From: an uncultured virus (IMG/VR IMGVR_UViG_3300031087_000513)
Lineage: Duplodnaviria > Heunggongvirae > Uroviricota > Caudoviricetes
Virus record (IMG/VR): IMGVR_UViG_3300031087_000513
DNA length: 64,000 bases
Strand: one strand, 5' to 3'
A program made the position numbers and the translations under genes. The notes below the pieces were generated by a model that was not told the origin of the DNA, ran no database searches, and saw only the letters and a list, made by a program, of their open reading frames with translations. Positions 56,331-64,000 of this stretch are shown here, piece after piece; within the stretch, counting starts at the first letter, position 1; each line of letters starts with the position of its first letter.

Positions 56331-56861
56331 ATGAATGCCTCATACAGTTTTACTCCCTTTACTCACAAAGAAGACATTAGTATTCTTCCTGCTTTTGATG
56401 ACCCGTTTTATCAGACAGCGAAGTACGAGTCATTCCTGATGACAGTAAGCCGCATCCTGCATGATAATCAGGTACAGCGGTCAGCTTTTGTTCGCACAGT
56501 AGGCATGTGGAAAGGCCAGCATGAACCTTCCGTAACAGTTGATGTCTACGGTGACAAAGGGGACATAGAGATTGCTGGTCGCATCATCCAGGAGCACTTC
56601 AATCAGGATGCTGTCCGCATTACATACGAAAACGGTGTGCACACTCATCAGCAGTATGTGTTTCGTCAGTCTGTATACGTTCCGTCAACAGTAATTGAAC
56701 GGTTAGTTTCAGTAGGAATTTCAGGAGCACAGCTCACGCCGACCACTATCCGGATTGACATCCCAGGTGAGCTGGATGAGGATACTATGCAGAGACTGAG
56801 TGACTGGTTTGGGAAACCGAAACAGATTCCTTGTGAAGTGGTTCGCATCAAACGGGCATAA
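56331..56861 (+). CDS. hypothetical protein, possible SAM lyase (T3 SAMase)-like domain
   Basis: GMWKGQHEPSVTV...HFNQDAV. Confidence 0.4.
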   Translation: MNASYSFTPFTHKEDISILPAFDDPFYQTAKYESFLMTVSRILHDNQVQRSAFVRTVGMWKGQHEPSVTVDVYGDKGDIEIAGRIIQEHFNQDAVRITYENGVHTHQQYVFRQSVYVPSTVIERLVSVGISGAQLTPTTIRIDIPGELDEDTMQRLSDWFGKPKQIPCEVVRIKRA

Positions 56862-56900
56862 TGAAAGCGTCAGACCTATTATCAGGTCTGACGCTTTCAT
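56861..56900. terminator. bidirectional hairpin terminator
   Basis: atgaaagcgtcagacct...aggtctgacgctttcat. Confidence 0.75.
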
Positions 56901-56906
56901 ATTTTC

Positions 56907-57293
56907 TTACTTGTGGTAGTACAACCAGTCAAGTTCTACCTTGACAATTGCATACCCTGCATTCTTCATGGAGTAATGGCTGGGATGTGTAACAGCCCAA
57001 CCAAAATTGACAGTACCGTCAATCTCATCCTGACGCACATTCTGACGGAACAGAGTCTTCACATCAGGATCACTCAGTTGATCCCATACAAGATTTCCGA
57101 TGGTTTGAACATTGATTGTCTTTGGTAACTTATTAGACCCCTCAATAGCATGCCAGAATAGGATGATGCCGTGGTCTGTTAATTGGTAGGCTGCAACTGA
57201 ATACCCTGAAATCTCTAATGCAAGTTCTAGAGTTTTGAAGAGATGCTCTTTATTACTTCCGTTGATGGAAAATTTCTGCTCATCAGTAAACAT
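56907..57293 (-). CDS. hypothetical protein
   Basis: coupled to the upstream gene. Confidence 0.6.
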   Translation of the reverse strand: MFTDEQKFSINGSNKEHLFKTLELALEISGYSVAAYQLTDHGIILFWHAIEGSNKLPKTINVQTIGNLVWDQLSDPDVKTLFRQNVRQDEIDGTVNFGWAVTHPSHYSMKNAGYAIVKVELDWLYYHK

Positions 57294-57759
57294 TGTTTAC
57301 CTTGCTTTCTGTATAGTAGTTACTCACCTGTTCAGTCAAAGCTTTTAAGCTTTCAACCACTGCAACTTCGGGGCGAGCTAACCGAAGTTGTGTTACGACA
57401 TCTAACTTACGTTGGTAGTTCGGGTGAGTACCAACAAACAACTGTGTATCTTTCTGATGACTAAAACGACCCAATTCAAACAAAGTGATAGGGCAGAGAG
57501 TCTCCTCAGGGAACCAGAATAGGACAGCGGAAGATTTGTTGAGAGCATCAAACTCCCAAGCGATCTGAACTTCCGCTACCCCTGGAGCAGTTGAGTACAC
57601 TGCACGGCGTGGATTATACATAGGAACAGAAACACCAGCGGCTTCTAAGTCTCGTGTGATAACATTCTGCCAATCAGGGCAACCAGAAATTCCACCAGCG
57701 ATGAATAACCCATCCAGGCGAGGGGCTGTAACAGGCTCAGGGGCGGTAATGACAGTCAT
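57283..57759 (-). CDS. nucleoside 2-deoxyribosyltransferase-like domain protein
   Basis: FIAGGI...DWQ, NPRR, QIAWE, FWFP, PITLFELG. Confidence 0.85.
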   Translation of the reverse strand: MTVITAPEPVTAPRLDGLFIAGGISGCPDWQNVITRDLEAAGVSVPMYNPRRAVYSTAPGVAEVQIAWEFDALNKSSAVLFWFPEETLCPITLFELGRFSHQKDTQLFVGTHPNYQRKLDVVTQLRLARPEVAVVESLKALTEQVSNYYTESKVNNVY

Positions 57760-57814
57760 AGGAGCAGTTTACCACCAAGAAGATGAACAGCTGCATATAT
57801 GGCCTTAGAACGCC

Positions 57815-58813
57815 TTACAGCTCTTCCAGTTGAATAATCTGTACTGGACCTTCACCACTATACCCGTGAACAACAGCTTGCAGATTGTTATTCACAACAC
57901 GATATTTGCCATCACGAGGAAGTAAGAACTCTTTCTCGTTCGTACCTTGATTAGCTGTTGCTGAGATGGAAGCCCCGCGGCGTGTTTTAATTTCAAAACG
58001 AGCGATGAGGTTTCGGCTGTTCGTTCTGTCAGGACCAGGAATGTTCTTCTGATCTAAACTCGTAGACATGAAGAAACCTGGTTCATATACACTCCCGACA
58101 GGGAACTTCTTTTGAAGCTCCTCAGAAGAGATATGCGCGAACGATCCATCCTCATCGTAGAAGAAATGACGGCGGTAAACGACAACTTCTTTGTTGTTCG
58201 ATGCTTTAGCTAACGCAGAATCTAAATACTTTACTGTCTCTTGGACGCTTTCCATCGAAGCTCTCGGCGTGAATGAAGCACTGGAAAGAACCCCATTCAC
58301 ATCAGCGTAGCCGCCCTGTGAGTAATGGTTCATTGCTTCAATCTCTTCATCACTTAAATGTTCAGCCCAGTCCAAAGACTCCTGCAACATAACAGCCATA
58401 TCCTCGCCGTTTTCATCAATGCGGTTTAGCTGGTGACCTTCTTGCGTGAATTCGCACTGCTGATATGCGTAAGAACCAATGACTGTTCTCTCATGAGTCT
58501 CTTCTACTTGTTGTTTCTTACTCAACTGATCCAGAGCATGCTGGCGGTCTGAACGAGCTTTTTCTAAGTTCATCTCCGCCCATGAGCCGCCGCCTTCAAT
58601 TACTTCACGTTCCAACGCGCGGATACCGGCAGGAGTCATATTGAACTCCTGATCTGCGTCATCTCTGAGATGCTTCAACCGGTCAAACTCGTTATAGTCC
58701 ATCTCATCATCGTTTCGATGGTTCTCATAGTAGACACGGAACTCATGTTTAGCCTTCGCTAAACGCTTTGCAGCATCTGCTGAACAACGGGGACCAGGTT
58801 TCGGGTAGCACAT
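57815..58813 (-). CDS. ADP-ribosyltransferase (VIP2/C3-like) with MCYPKPGPRC leader domain
   Basis: VVYRR, FMSTS, EKEFLLPRDGKYRV. Confidence 0.88.
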   Translation of the reverse strand: MCYPKPGPRCSADAAKRLAKAKHEFRVYYENHRNDDEMDYNEFDRLKHLRDDADQEFNMTPAGIRALEREVIEGGGSWAEMNLEKARSDRQHALDQLSKKQQVEETHERTVIGSYAYQQCEFTQEGHQLNRIDENGEDMAVMLQESLDWAEHLSDEEIEAMNHYSQGGYADVNGVLSSASFTPRASMESVQETVKYLDSALAKASNNKEVVVYRRHFFYDEDGSFAHISSEELQKKFPVGSVYEPGFFMSTSLDQKNIPGPDRTNSRNLIARFEIKTRRGASISATANQGTNEKEFLLPRDGKYRVVNNNLQAVVHGYSGEGPVQIIQLEEL

Positions 58814-58973
58814 GGTTTATATCTAACTGGTAACAGCTCTTGACATGCTCTCATGCGTTCTTGTAGAGTTGACCCTACAAGACGGGACAAGCGCGAAGAA
58901 GCGTTCACCCGATAGTAATGATAGTATGACAAATACATCATCCCCATCTCTGACAAAGGAGTCTGAGCTCAAA

Positions 58974-59207
58974 ATGGAAACCCTGAAAAGCGCAAACGGC
59001 CAGTACGAAATCATCTACTCTGGTGATTACACTGGGTGGGTGCAGCTGGTAGAATATGTCGGTGAAGCACCTCGTCGTGAGGTTTCCCGCACCTCTATCC
59101 CATTCGAAATGATTGCCATGCTTATGGACAAGATGCTCTTCAACACTACCGCTGTGGTTGAGCCTTCTAAGACAGAACTGAACATCAAGCAGGCAACTCT
59201 CAGCTAA
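58974..59207 (+). CDS. small hypothetical protein
   Basis: AAGGAG RBS. Confidence 0.55.
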   Translation: METLKSANGQYEIIYSGDYTGWVQLVEYVGEAPRREVSRTSIPFEMIAMLMDKMLFNTTAVVEPSKTELNIKQATLS

Positions 59208-59235
59208 ATCTTCCCGTTCTTATTCATTGGGAACG

Positions 59236-59285
59236 AAATTACTCCTTACTGTGTTATAGAAAGTAGACACAGTAAGGAGTAATTT
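59236..59285 (+). promoter_or_regulatory. hairpin sequestering the msrB RBS
   Basis: aaattactccttactgtgt...acacagtaaggagtaattt, ATG at 59288. Confidence 0.6.
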
Positions 59286-59287
59286 TT

Positions 59288-59689
59288 ATGTCTTACCCAG
59301 TACAGAAAACCGAAGAACAGTGGAAGCAAGAGCTGTCTACTGAGGAATACCAGGTTCTGCGCAAAGCTGGAACAGAACGTCCTTGGAGCGGAACGTTATT
59401 AGATGAGCATGGTGATGGTGTATTTCGTTGCAGAGCTTGTCAAGCTCCGTTGTTCAAGTCTACAACCAAGTTTGAGTCAGGATCAGGTTGGCCATCCTTC
59501 TATGAACCTATCACTCCTGATGCTGTTGAACTCAAAACAGACCGTTCATGGTTGATGACTCGCACAGAAGTTCGTTGCGCATCATGCGGTTCACATCTTG
59601 GACATTTGTTTGATGATGCATACCAAACACCAACAGGAGACCGTTTCTGCATGAACTCAGTATCATTGGATTTTGAAGCAACGAAATAG
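59288..59689 (+). CDS. msrB: peptide-methionine (R)-S-oxide reductase
   Basis: GTERP, CRAC, GWPSF, CASCGSHLGHLF, RFCMNS. Confidence 0.96.
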   Translation: MSYPVQKTEEQWKQELSTEEYQVLRKAGTERPWSGTLLDEHGDGVFRCRACQAPLFKSTTKFESGSGWPSFYEPITPDAVELKTDRSWLMTRTEVRCASCGSHLGHLFDDAYQTPTGDRFCMNSVSLDFEATK

Positions 59690-59834
59690 GGAAGATAGCG
59701 CAACTTTGCGTGCCCCCTAAAAGCGGGTATCGCTTATTTTTCGTGTAGCACGGTCATAAAGGTTATTTACCGATAACCTTTATGACCCCCTTTCTATGAG
59801 ACCCTCAGTTATATAAAAAAGGACGCTATACCCA

Positions 59835-61385
59835 ATGCTACACCCCTCAATCTCAGAAAAAGTGCGCTCACGCCGAATAAGTCGTGAAGTGTTTATCAAT
59901 GAAGAAGGCGCTATCGACTTAGCCAGTATTATGGTCGGTATCATTGTCATCGGCTTAATCGGTGGTGTCATCGCAGCGACGATCTTCGCTGTTATCCCAT
60001 GGGCGCAAGACAATGCAGCAAAGCAGCAGCTCAACTCAGTCAAAACAGCAGAAGATGCCTACCGTGGTCTTGCAGAAGACAGTGGAGTGTCTGAATACGG
60101 TAGCAATAAGCAACTTGCTGACCCTACCTTCGGAACAAAGAAACACCCATCTTTGCTGGACTTGGATGAAAATAAAGTTCTTATCACCCCTATCCCAGGT
60201 CCACCTCCTAGCTACACAGCTACTGTTGTTTCCCAATCAGGTAAAACCTACCAGTTGGGTCCTGATGGAAAAATTAGAGAAGTTCCAAAACCTGATGGAG
60301 GAACAAATCCACCTGCAACAGTTGGGGACCTGAGCTTAGCTAAGGGGTCAATGCAAACCTATCCAGGGGAAACCCTGACAGCTAAACCTGCTGATAAAGC
60401 AAATTCATTACTTGGAACAGCTACCAGCTCAACCATCACTGAATTCCAGAATTTCAGCACCTTCTTCAAATCAGCTTCATTCTCTACTGTTAATGATTTG
60501 TTCCTACCTGAGGGTACAAAATACGGTTACACCGATTATAATGGGCAAGCAGATATTTACATTGTTCGTCCTAATACTGTGACTATTACTGACAATAAAA
60601 AGAACCAAATTGCTCAGTATTCAGGAAACACTGGAACAGCTCTTGCATATCTCAAAGTGGGAGATTCATACAGCTGGCAGTTCATAACGGCTTATCCTGA
60701 TGCAGCAGAAAAAGCCGTATCACAAAGCAGCGGTTACGTTGTTACCATGGCCTTTGATAATGGAAACATTTCCTTTGCCGGTAACAACCCTAACGTTTTT
60801 GAACCAGGCCCTACAGGAACTGGCTCAGATGTCGCGTCTGGTCCCATTGTTGCTTCATCTGTGAATTATGCACCTGTCACTGACAACAATGGTCAAGGCT
60901 TCGCAACTCAGGATGCATATGACCATGCCTTAGTCAACCGCGATACTGATTTCTGGTCTTTCCAAGTTACAGTGAATAATCCAAATCCTCAGAGTTTACC
61001 TGACTTATCTGATGTTCCTTTTGTCCAAAATCCAGATGGAACATATAAAGCTGTCATGAAAAACGGTAGATGGTATAAAGATGCAGTATTCACATTCGCT
61101 AATGGAAACTCTGGAATGCTTGTCGGTAATTCAGATATGGCTTCTGTAAATTCTGATAGAAATGAGTATTTTGAGAATTTGACTATCACCTTGGATGAAA
61201 ATAAGAAAGTAACTTCTTTGAAGCTTGATTATCTCGGAGTTAGAGTACCAGGATATTCAACTCTTGCAGAAGCGAAAGCAAAGCTTTCTGGTTCAACAGT
61301 AACAATTTATCCATATGCAACACAACCTAATAACGATTACGCCATAGTTTCAACAACTAAGACAATGACGTTCACACTCAAATAA
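59835..61385 (+). CDS. large pilin-like / surface protein
   Basis: EEG|AIDLASIMVGIIVIGLIGGVIAATIFAVIPWAQD class III-like leader and hydrophobic helix. Confidence 0.6.
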   Translation: MLHPSISEKVRSRRISREVFINEEGAIDLASIMVGIIVIGLIGGVIAATIFAVIPWAQDNAAKQQLNSVKTAEDAYRGLAEDSGVSEYGSNKQLADPTFGTKKHPSLLDLDENKVLITPIPGPPPSYTATVVSQSGKTYQLGPDGKIREVPKPDGGTNPPATVGDLSLAKGSMQTYPGETLTAKPADKANSLLGTATSSTITEFQNFSTFFKSASFSTVNDLFLPEGTKYGYTDYNGQADIYIVRPNTVTITDNKKNQIAQYSGNTGTALAYLKVGDSYSWQFITAYPDAAEKAVSQSSGYVVTMAFDNGNISFAGNNPNVFEPGPTGTGSDVASGPIVASSVNYAPVTDNNGQGFATQDAYDHALVNRDTDFWSFQVTVNNPNPQSLPDLSDVPFVQNPDGTYKAVMKNGRWYKDAVFTFANGNSGMLVGNSDMASVNSDRNEYFENLTITLDENKKVTSLKLDYLGVRVPGYSTLAEAKAKLSGSTVTIYPYATQPNNDYAIVSTTKTMTFTLK

Positions 61386-61397
61386 TACAGTAGTAAG

Positions 61398-61450
61398 ACA
61401 AAAGGGTGAAGGCAGCTATCAATTTATAATAGCTGCCTTCACCCTTTTGT
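61398..61450. terminator. bidirectional hairpin terminator
   Basis: acaaaagggtgaaggcagct...agctgccttcacccttttgt. Confidence 0.8.
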
Positions 61451-61451
61451 T

Positions 61452-61790
61452 TCAAAGCTGATGTAAGAACGCAATAGCATCAAATATGCTTTCGCATTCA
61501 GTATGTTTTTGAACCTCATTATTGAAATCAAAGAAAGCAATTTCAAACACTGGGAGTTTTGTTTCCTCCGAGTGGATCAGCTCCACAATAATGTGCTTCC
61601 GGTCCGCTCTTTGTTCAATACGCAACCCAGGTTCTTCGGAAGCAGGGAACAAGCCGAATTGACCAGGATAATGATCTTCAAAGTATGAGCACACAATTTC
61701 GAACTCTGTCAGCTCATGTTCATCTAATGTGTCAGCGTAACCTTTTTCTTTCAACGTCGCTAAGCGGCGCTCCCATTTTGTTTCACTCAT
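61452..61790 (-). CDS. hypothetical protein
   Basis: GAGGA RBS, coupled to the upstream gene. Confidence 0.6.
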   Translation of the reverse strand: MSETKWERRLATLKEKGYADTLDEHELTEFEIVCSYFEDHYPGQFGLFPASEEPGLRIEQRADRKHIIVELIHSEETKLPVFEIAFFDFNNEVQKHTECESIFDAIAFLHQL

Positions 61791-62037
61791 TCTGTGATTC
61801 CTCCCACACTAACTTTTCCATACGGTTCCAGTAGACAGTTGCACTGAGACCTCTAAACAGTGTTACTAGTAGTAGGATGAATGCAATGCCTGAATATGCT
61901 GCAACGAAAACAGTCTTCTGGTCCTGAACCAACCAACCAGCTACGACAACAATAATACCGACAACAAATGCTTCGGCAACCCTACGAAGAACTTTGGTTC
62001 TCTGCTGAGTAAGCTCTTCTTCATGTTCATGTGTCAT
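61783..62037 (-). CDS. small membrane protein
   Basis: two TM. Confidence 0.6.
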   Translation of the reverse strand: MTHEHEEELTQQRTKVLRRVAEAFVVGIIVVVAGWLVQDQKTVFVAAYSGIAFILLLVTLFRGLSATVYWNRMEKLVWEESQNE

Positions 62038-62040
62038 CTG

Positions 62041-62337
62041 CTAACCCCTATAGGTTTTCGGGCGACCGTTAGCAACCCAAGTTTTATATGCGTTCGCAGA
62101 AGATTCAGAACTTCGACGTTCTTCACGATCATTAGCGGCATGTGCAATTTCTCGGGCTCTCTGCAGCGCCGTCTTAGGGGTCGGTAGAAATTTCAAATGC
62201 TCCAAAAGCTTCGTATAACTCTTTGTAATAGAGTCGTGAGCTTCTTGTTTGAACTCATTTGTGACAGACGGATCATCCAAAGGAACCCATCCTGATTCCT
62301 TCGTATACAGTTGGACCGTACTCTTCGTGGCAGTCAT
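62041..62337 (-). CDS. hypothetical protein
   Basis: 98-aa ORF. Confidence 0.55.
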   Translation of the reverse strand: MTATKSTVQLYTKESGWVPLDDPSVTNEFKQEAHDSITKSYTKLLEHLKFLPTPKTALQRAREIAHAANDREERRSSESSANAYKTWVANGRPKTYRG

Positions 62338-62532
62338 CTTCTACTCTCAAACATATGAACTGAATGCCTTAGTATATCGTCATTTTTAGAGCAGGTCAAT
62401 GATTTTGATAAACAAAGTTGTCCGCTACCAGTATTCTATCCTTCTAATCAACTGAAAATAGTATAACTTGTCTAACTAAATCAATAGCTCCTTCCGATGT
62501 ATACAAAAGAACCTCAATCAGGAAGAACCGTC

Positions 62533-62997
62533 ATGACACTTACCGCCGAAGAACGTGCAGAATACCTACGTAGAGTAGAAGCTGAAGAATATCCTGAGCG
62601 GGAAGAAGAGCGCAAAGCTCGCGTCTATAAAGACCTCCGTAACAGTGTCAAACTCCTTCGCAACATCATCGTTGTAGAAGCCGGAGATGAAACTCCTTCA
62701 AAAGGCATTCTTCACCATGAGATGGGTGACCCTCGCCTTGCAGACGATGAATATGAACTCACATATGATGGTAAAGGCGCATTAGAGTTCATTGAAGAGA
62801 TTCGTGATACCTACAAGCTTGTCAAAGCAAACCACGACTTAAATTTTGACGACAGCGGTATTGTCATCATGCTCAACTATCTGTTCCGAACCATTCTTCT
62901 CACCCATGAAATCGGTGACACTATCTTCATCAGCCGTGACCGTGTAGTGCTCTTCCATGAAGACGTAACTACGTATGCTGACCAGGAAAACCTGTAA
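62533..62997 (+). CDS. hypothetical protein
   Basis: AGGAAG RBS before MTLTAE. Confidence 0.65.
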   Translation: MTLTAEERAEYLRRVEAEEYPEREEERKARVYKDLRNSVKLLRNIIVVEAGDETPSKGILHHEMGDPRLADDEYELTYDGKGALEFIEEIRDTYKLVKANHDLNFDDSGIVIMLNYLFRTILLTHEIGDTIFISRDRVVLFHEDVTTYADQENL

Positions 62998-63036
62998 ACC
63001 AGAGCTTCTGAACGAATAACCGATACACTGAATGTT

Positions 63037-63462
63037 ATGAAGAACAGTATCTGGTTGACTTTTACCTCCGTCGCATGTCTTGCCGTCATGCTTACATCCT
63101 GCTCTGCGCCGCAGCATATTCAAGCTCCTGGAACAGTTGGAGACATGTATGAGAATAGCGAGTATGTGGCTGGCACTGAATACTATGTCAACGGGGATCA
63201 TGCGAACGCGGCGGATGATGTGAAAATTAGCATCAAACCAATAGCGAAAAATGATGAAGGCGTAGAAACCACTAGCATTGTCCCTTGGAAGCAGACTCGC
63301 CCCGCTGCTTTGGGAGATAAAGTCAAAATGACCGTTCAATCGTACACAGAGAACGGCACTGTTGAATGCCAAATCTCATCAGGAAAATACATTGTACATA
63401 ACACAGCCAAAGGCAAAACACCCAAAGTGACATGCGCCATGACTATACCGAAAAAGCCGTAG
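63037..63462 (+). CDS. lipoprotein
   Basis: signal peptide with LTSC lipobox. Confidence 0.7.
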   Translation: MKNSIWLTFTSVACLAVMLTSCSAPQHIQAPGTVGDMYENSEYVAGTEYYVNGDHANAADDVKISIKPIAKNDEGVETTSIVPWKQTRPAALGDKVKMTVQSYTENGTVECQISSGKYIVHNTAKGKTPKVTCAMTIPKKP

Positions 63463-63491
63463 AAGATGCGAACCTTCTACGGCTTTTTCGG
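63450..63491. terminator. bidirectional hairpin terminator
   Basis: gaaaaagccgtagaag...cttctacggctttttc. Confidence 0.7.
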
Positions 63492-63499
63492 CAATTCCA

Positions 63500-64000
63500 T
63501 TACTGCCCGAACTTCTCCAACACCGCCTGAACAGTCGCCTCACGGTCAAGGCCAACCATCTCGTCAGTATTCAAGAACTTCATCACCTTACCCAGCTCAG
63601 GGCCAGGAGTAAGACCAAGCAACTTTGCAATGTCATTACCGTTCAACGCAGGACGCAGCGCAGCGCGAGCATCCTTCGCCTTCACACGAGCAATCTCCTC
63701 CTGCAACTCCCCAACAGTACGGTGAAGTGCTGCACGCTTCTTGTCAATACCTGTCGTAGCGTCAGAGTAGAAAATGACAATCAAACGCTCCAACTGCTTC
63801 ATGTTACCAGCGTCAACACTCAGACGACGGACCGCAGACTCACTCCAACCAGACTTGAACGTGTGCGAACGCATGTGCATGAACACAAGACGAGCAACAG
63901 CGTCAGTCTCATCCTTGGAGTAACCGTGGCGCGGAAGAATCTTCCGAACCATCTTAGAACCCACAACATCGTGGTTCGTGAAAGATACGACACCCTTCTT
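63500..64000 (-). CDS. CCA tRNA nucleotidyltransferase, C-terminal part (truncated by the window edge)
   Basis: HDVVGSKM, LVFMHMR, WSESAVRR, D.TT, LRPALNGNDI..LLGL.PGPELG. Confidence 0.85.
   Translation of the reverse strand, partial: KKGVVSFTNHDVVGSKMVRKILPRHGYSKDETDAVARLVFMHMRSHTFKSGWSESAVRRLSVDAGNMKQLERLIVIFYSDATTGIDKKRAALHRTVGELQEEIARVKAKDARAALRPALNGNDIAKLLGLTPGPELGKVMKFLNTDEMVGLDREATVQAVLEKFGQ

Noticed and set aside
1..64000. Stop-codon recoding
   Set aside because: Known genes are full length under the standard code and end in TAA, TAG and TGA.
1..64000. tRNA genes, retron/DGR, transposases
   Set aside because: No cloverleaf, reverse transcriptase or transposase motifs were recognised by eye; tRNAscan-SE was not run.

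Overview
Gene-dense, mid-GC window of mostly short hypothetical ORFs with frequent strand switches. It contains no rRNA, recognisable tRNA, CRISPR array, transposase or virion structural gene. Host-like genes (LLM oxidoreductase, adk, msrB, tdk, CCA-adding enzyme) look actinobacterial, and many genes appear leaderless behind TTGACA/extended -10 promoters. The best reading is an accessory region of a jumbo phage or giant extrachromosomal element of an actinobacterium (inference). Recognisable cargo: three VIP2/C3-type ADP-ribosyltransferases, Thg1, a Pol-beta-type nucleotidyltransferase, RNase H, an Ogt/ATL-like protein, an orphan adenine MTase, a Ycf46-like AAA ATPase, PcfJ, NERD, GH16, a phosphodiester glycosidase, an RCC1-repeat surface protein and pilin-like proteins. 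Most notable: (1) five proteins, including all three ARTs, share Cys-rich N-terminal leaders fused to different C-termini, a candidate effector-targeting system; (2) a ribosomal S10/NusE homologue lacking the ribosome-binding loop; (3) a recurrent oriented CCGATA promoter-like motif; (4) apparent pseudo-enzymes (Ogt PTHR, SipW-like). All family calls are from motif recognition by eye; no searches were run.
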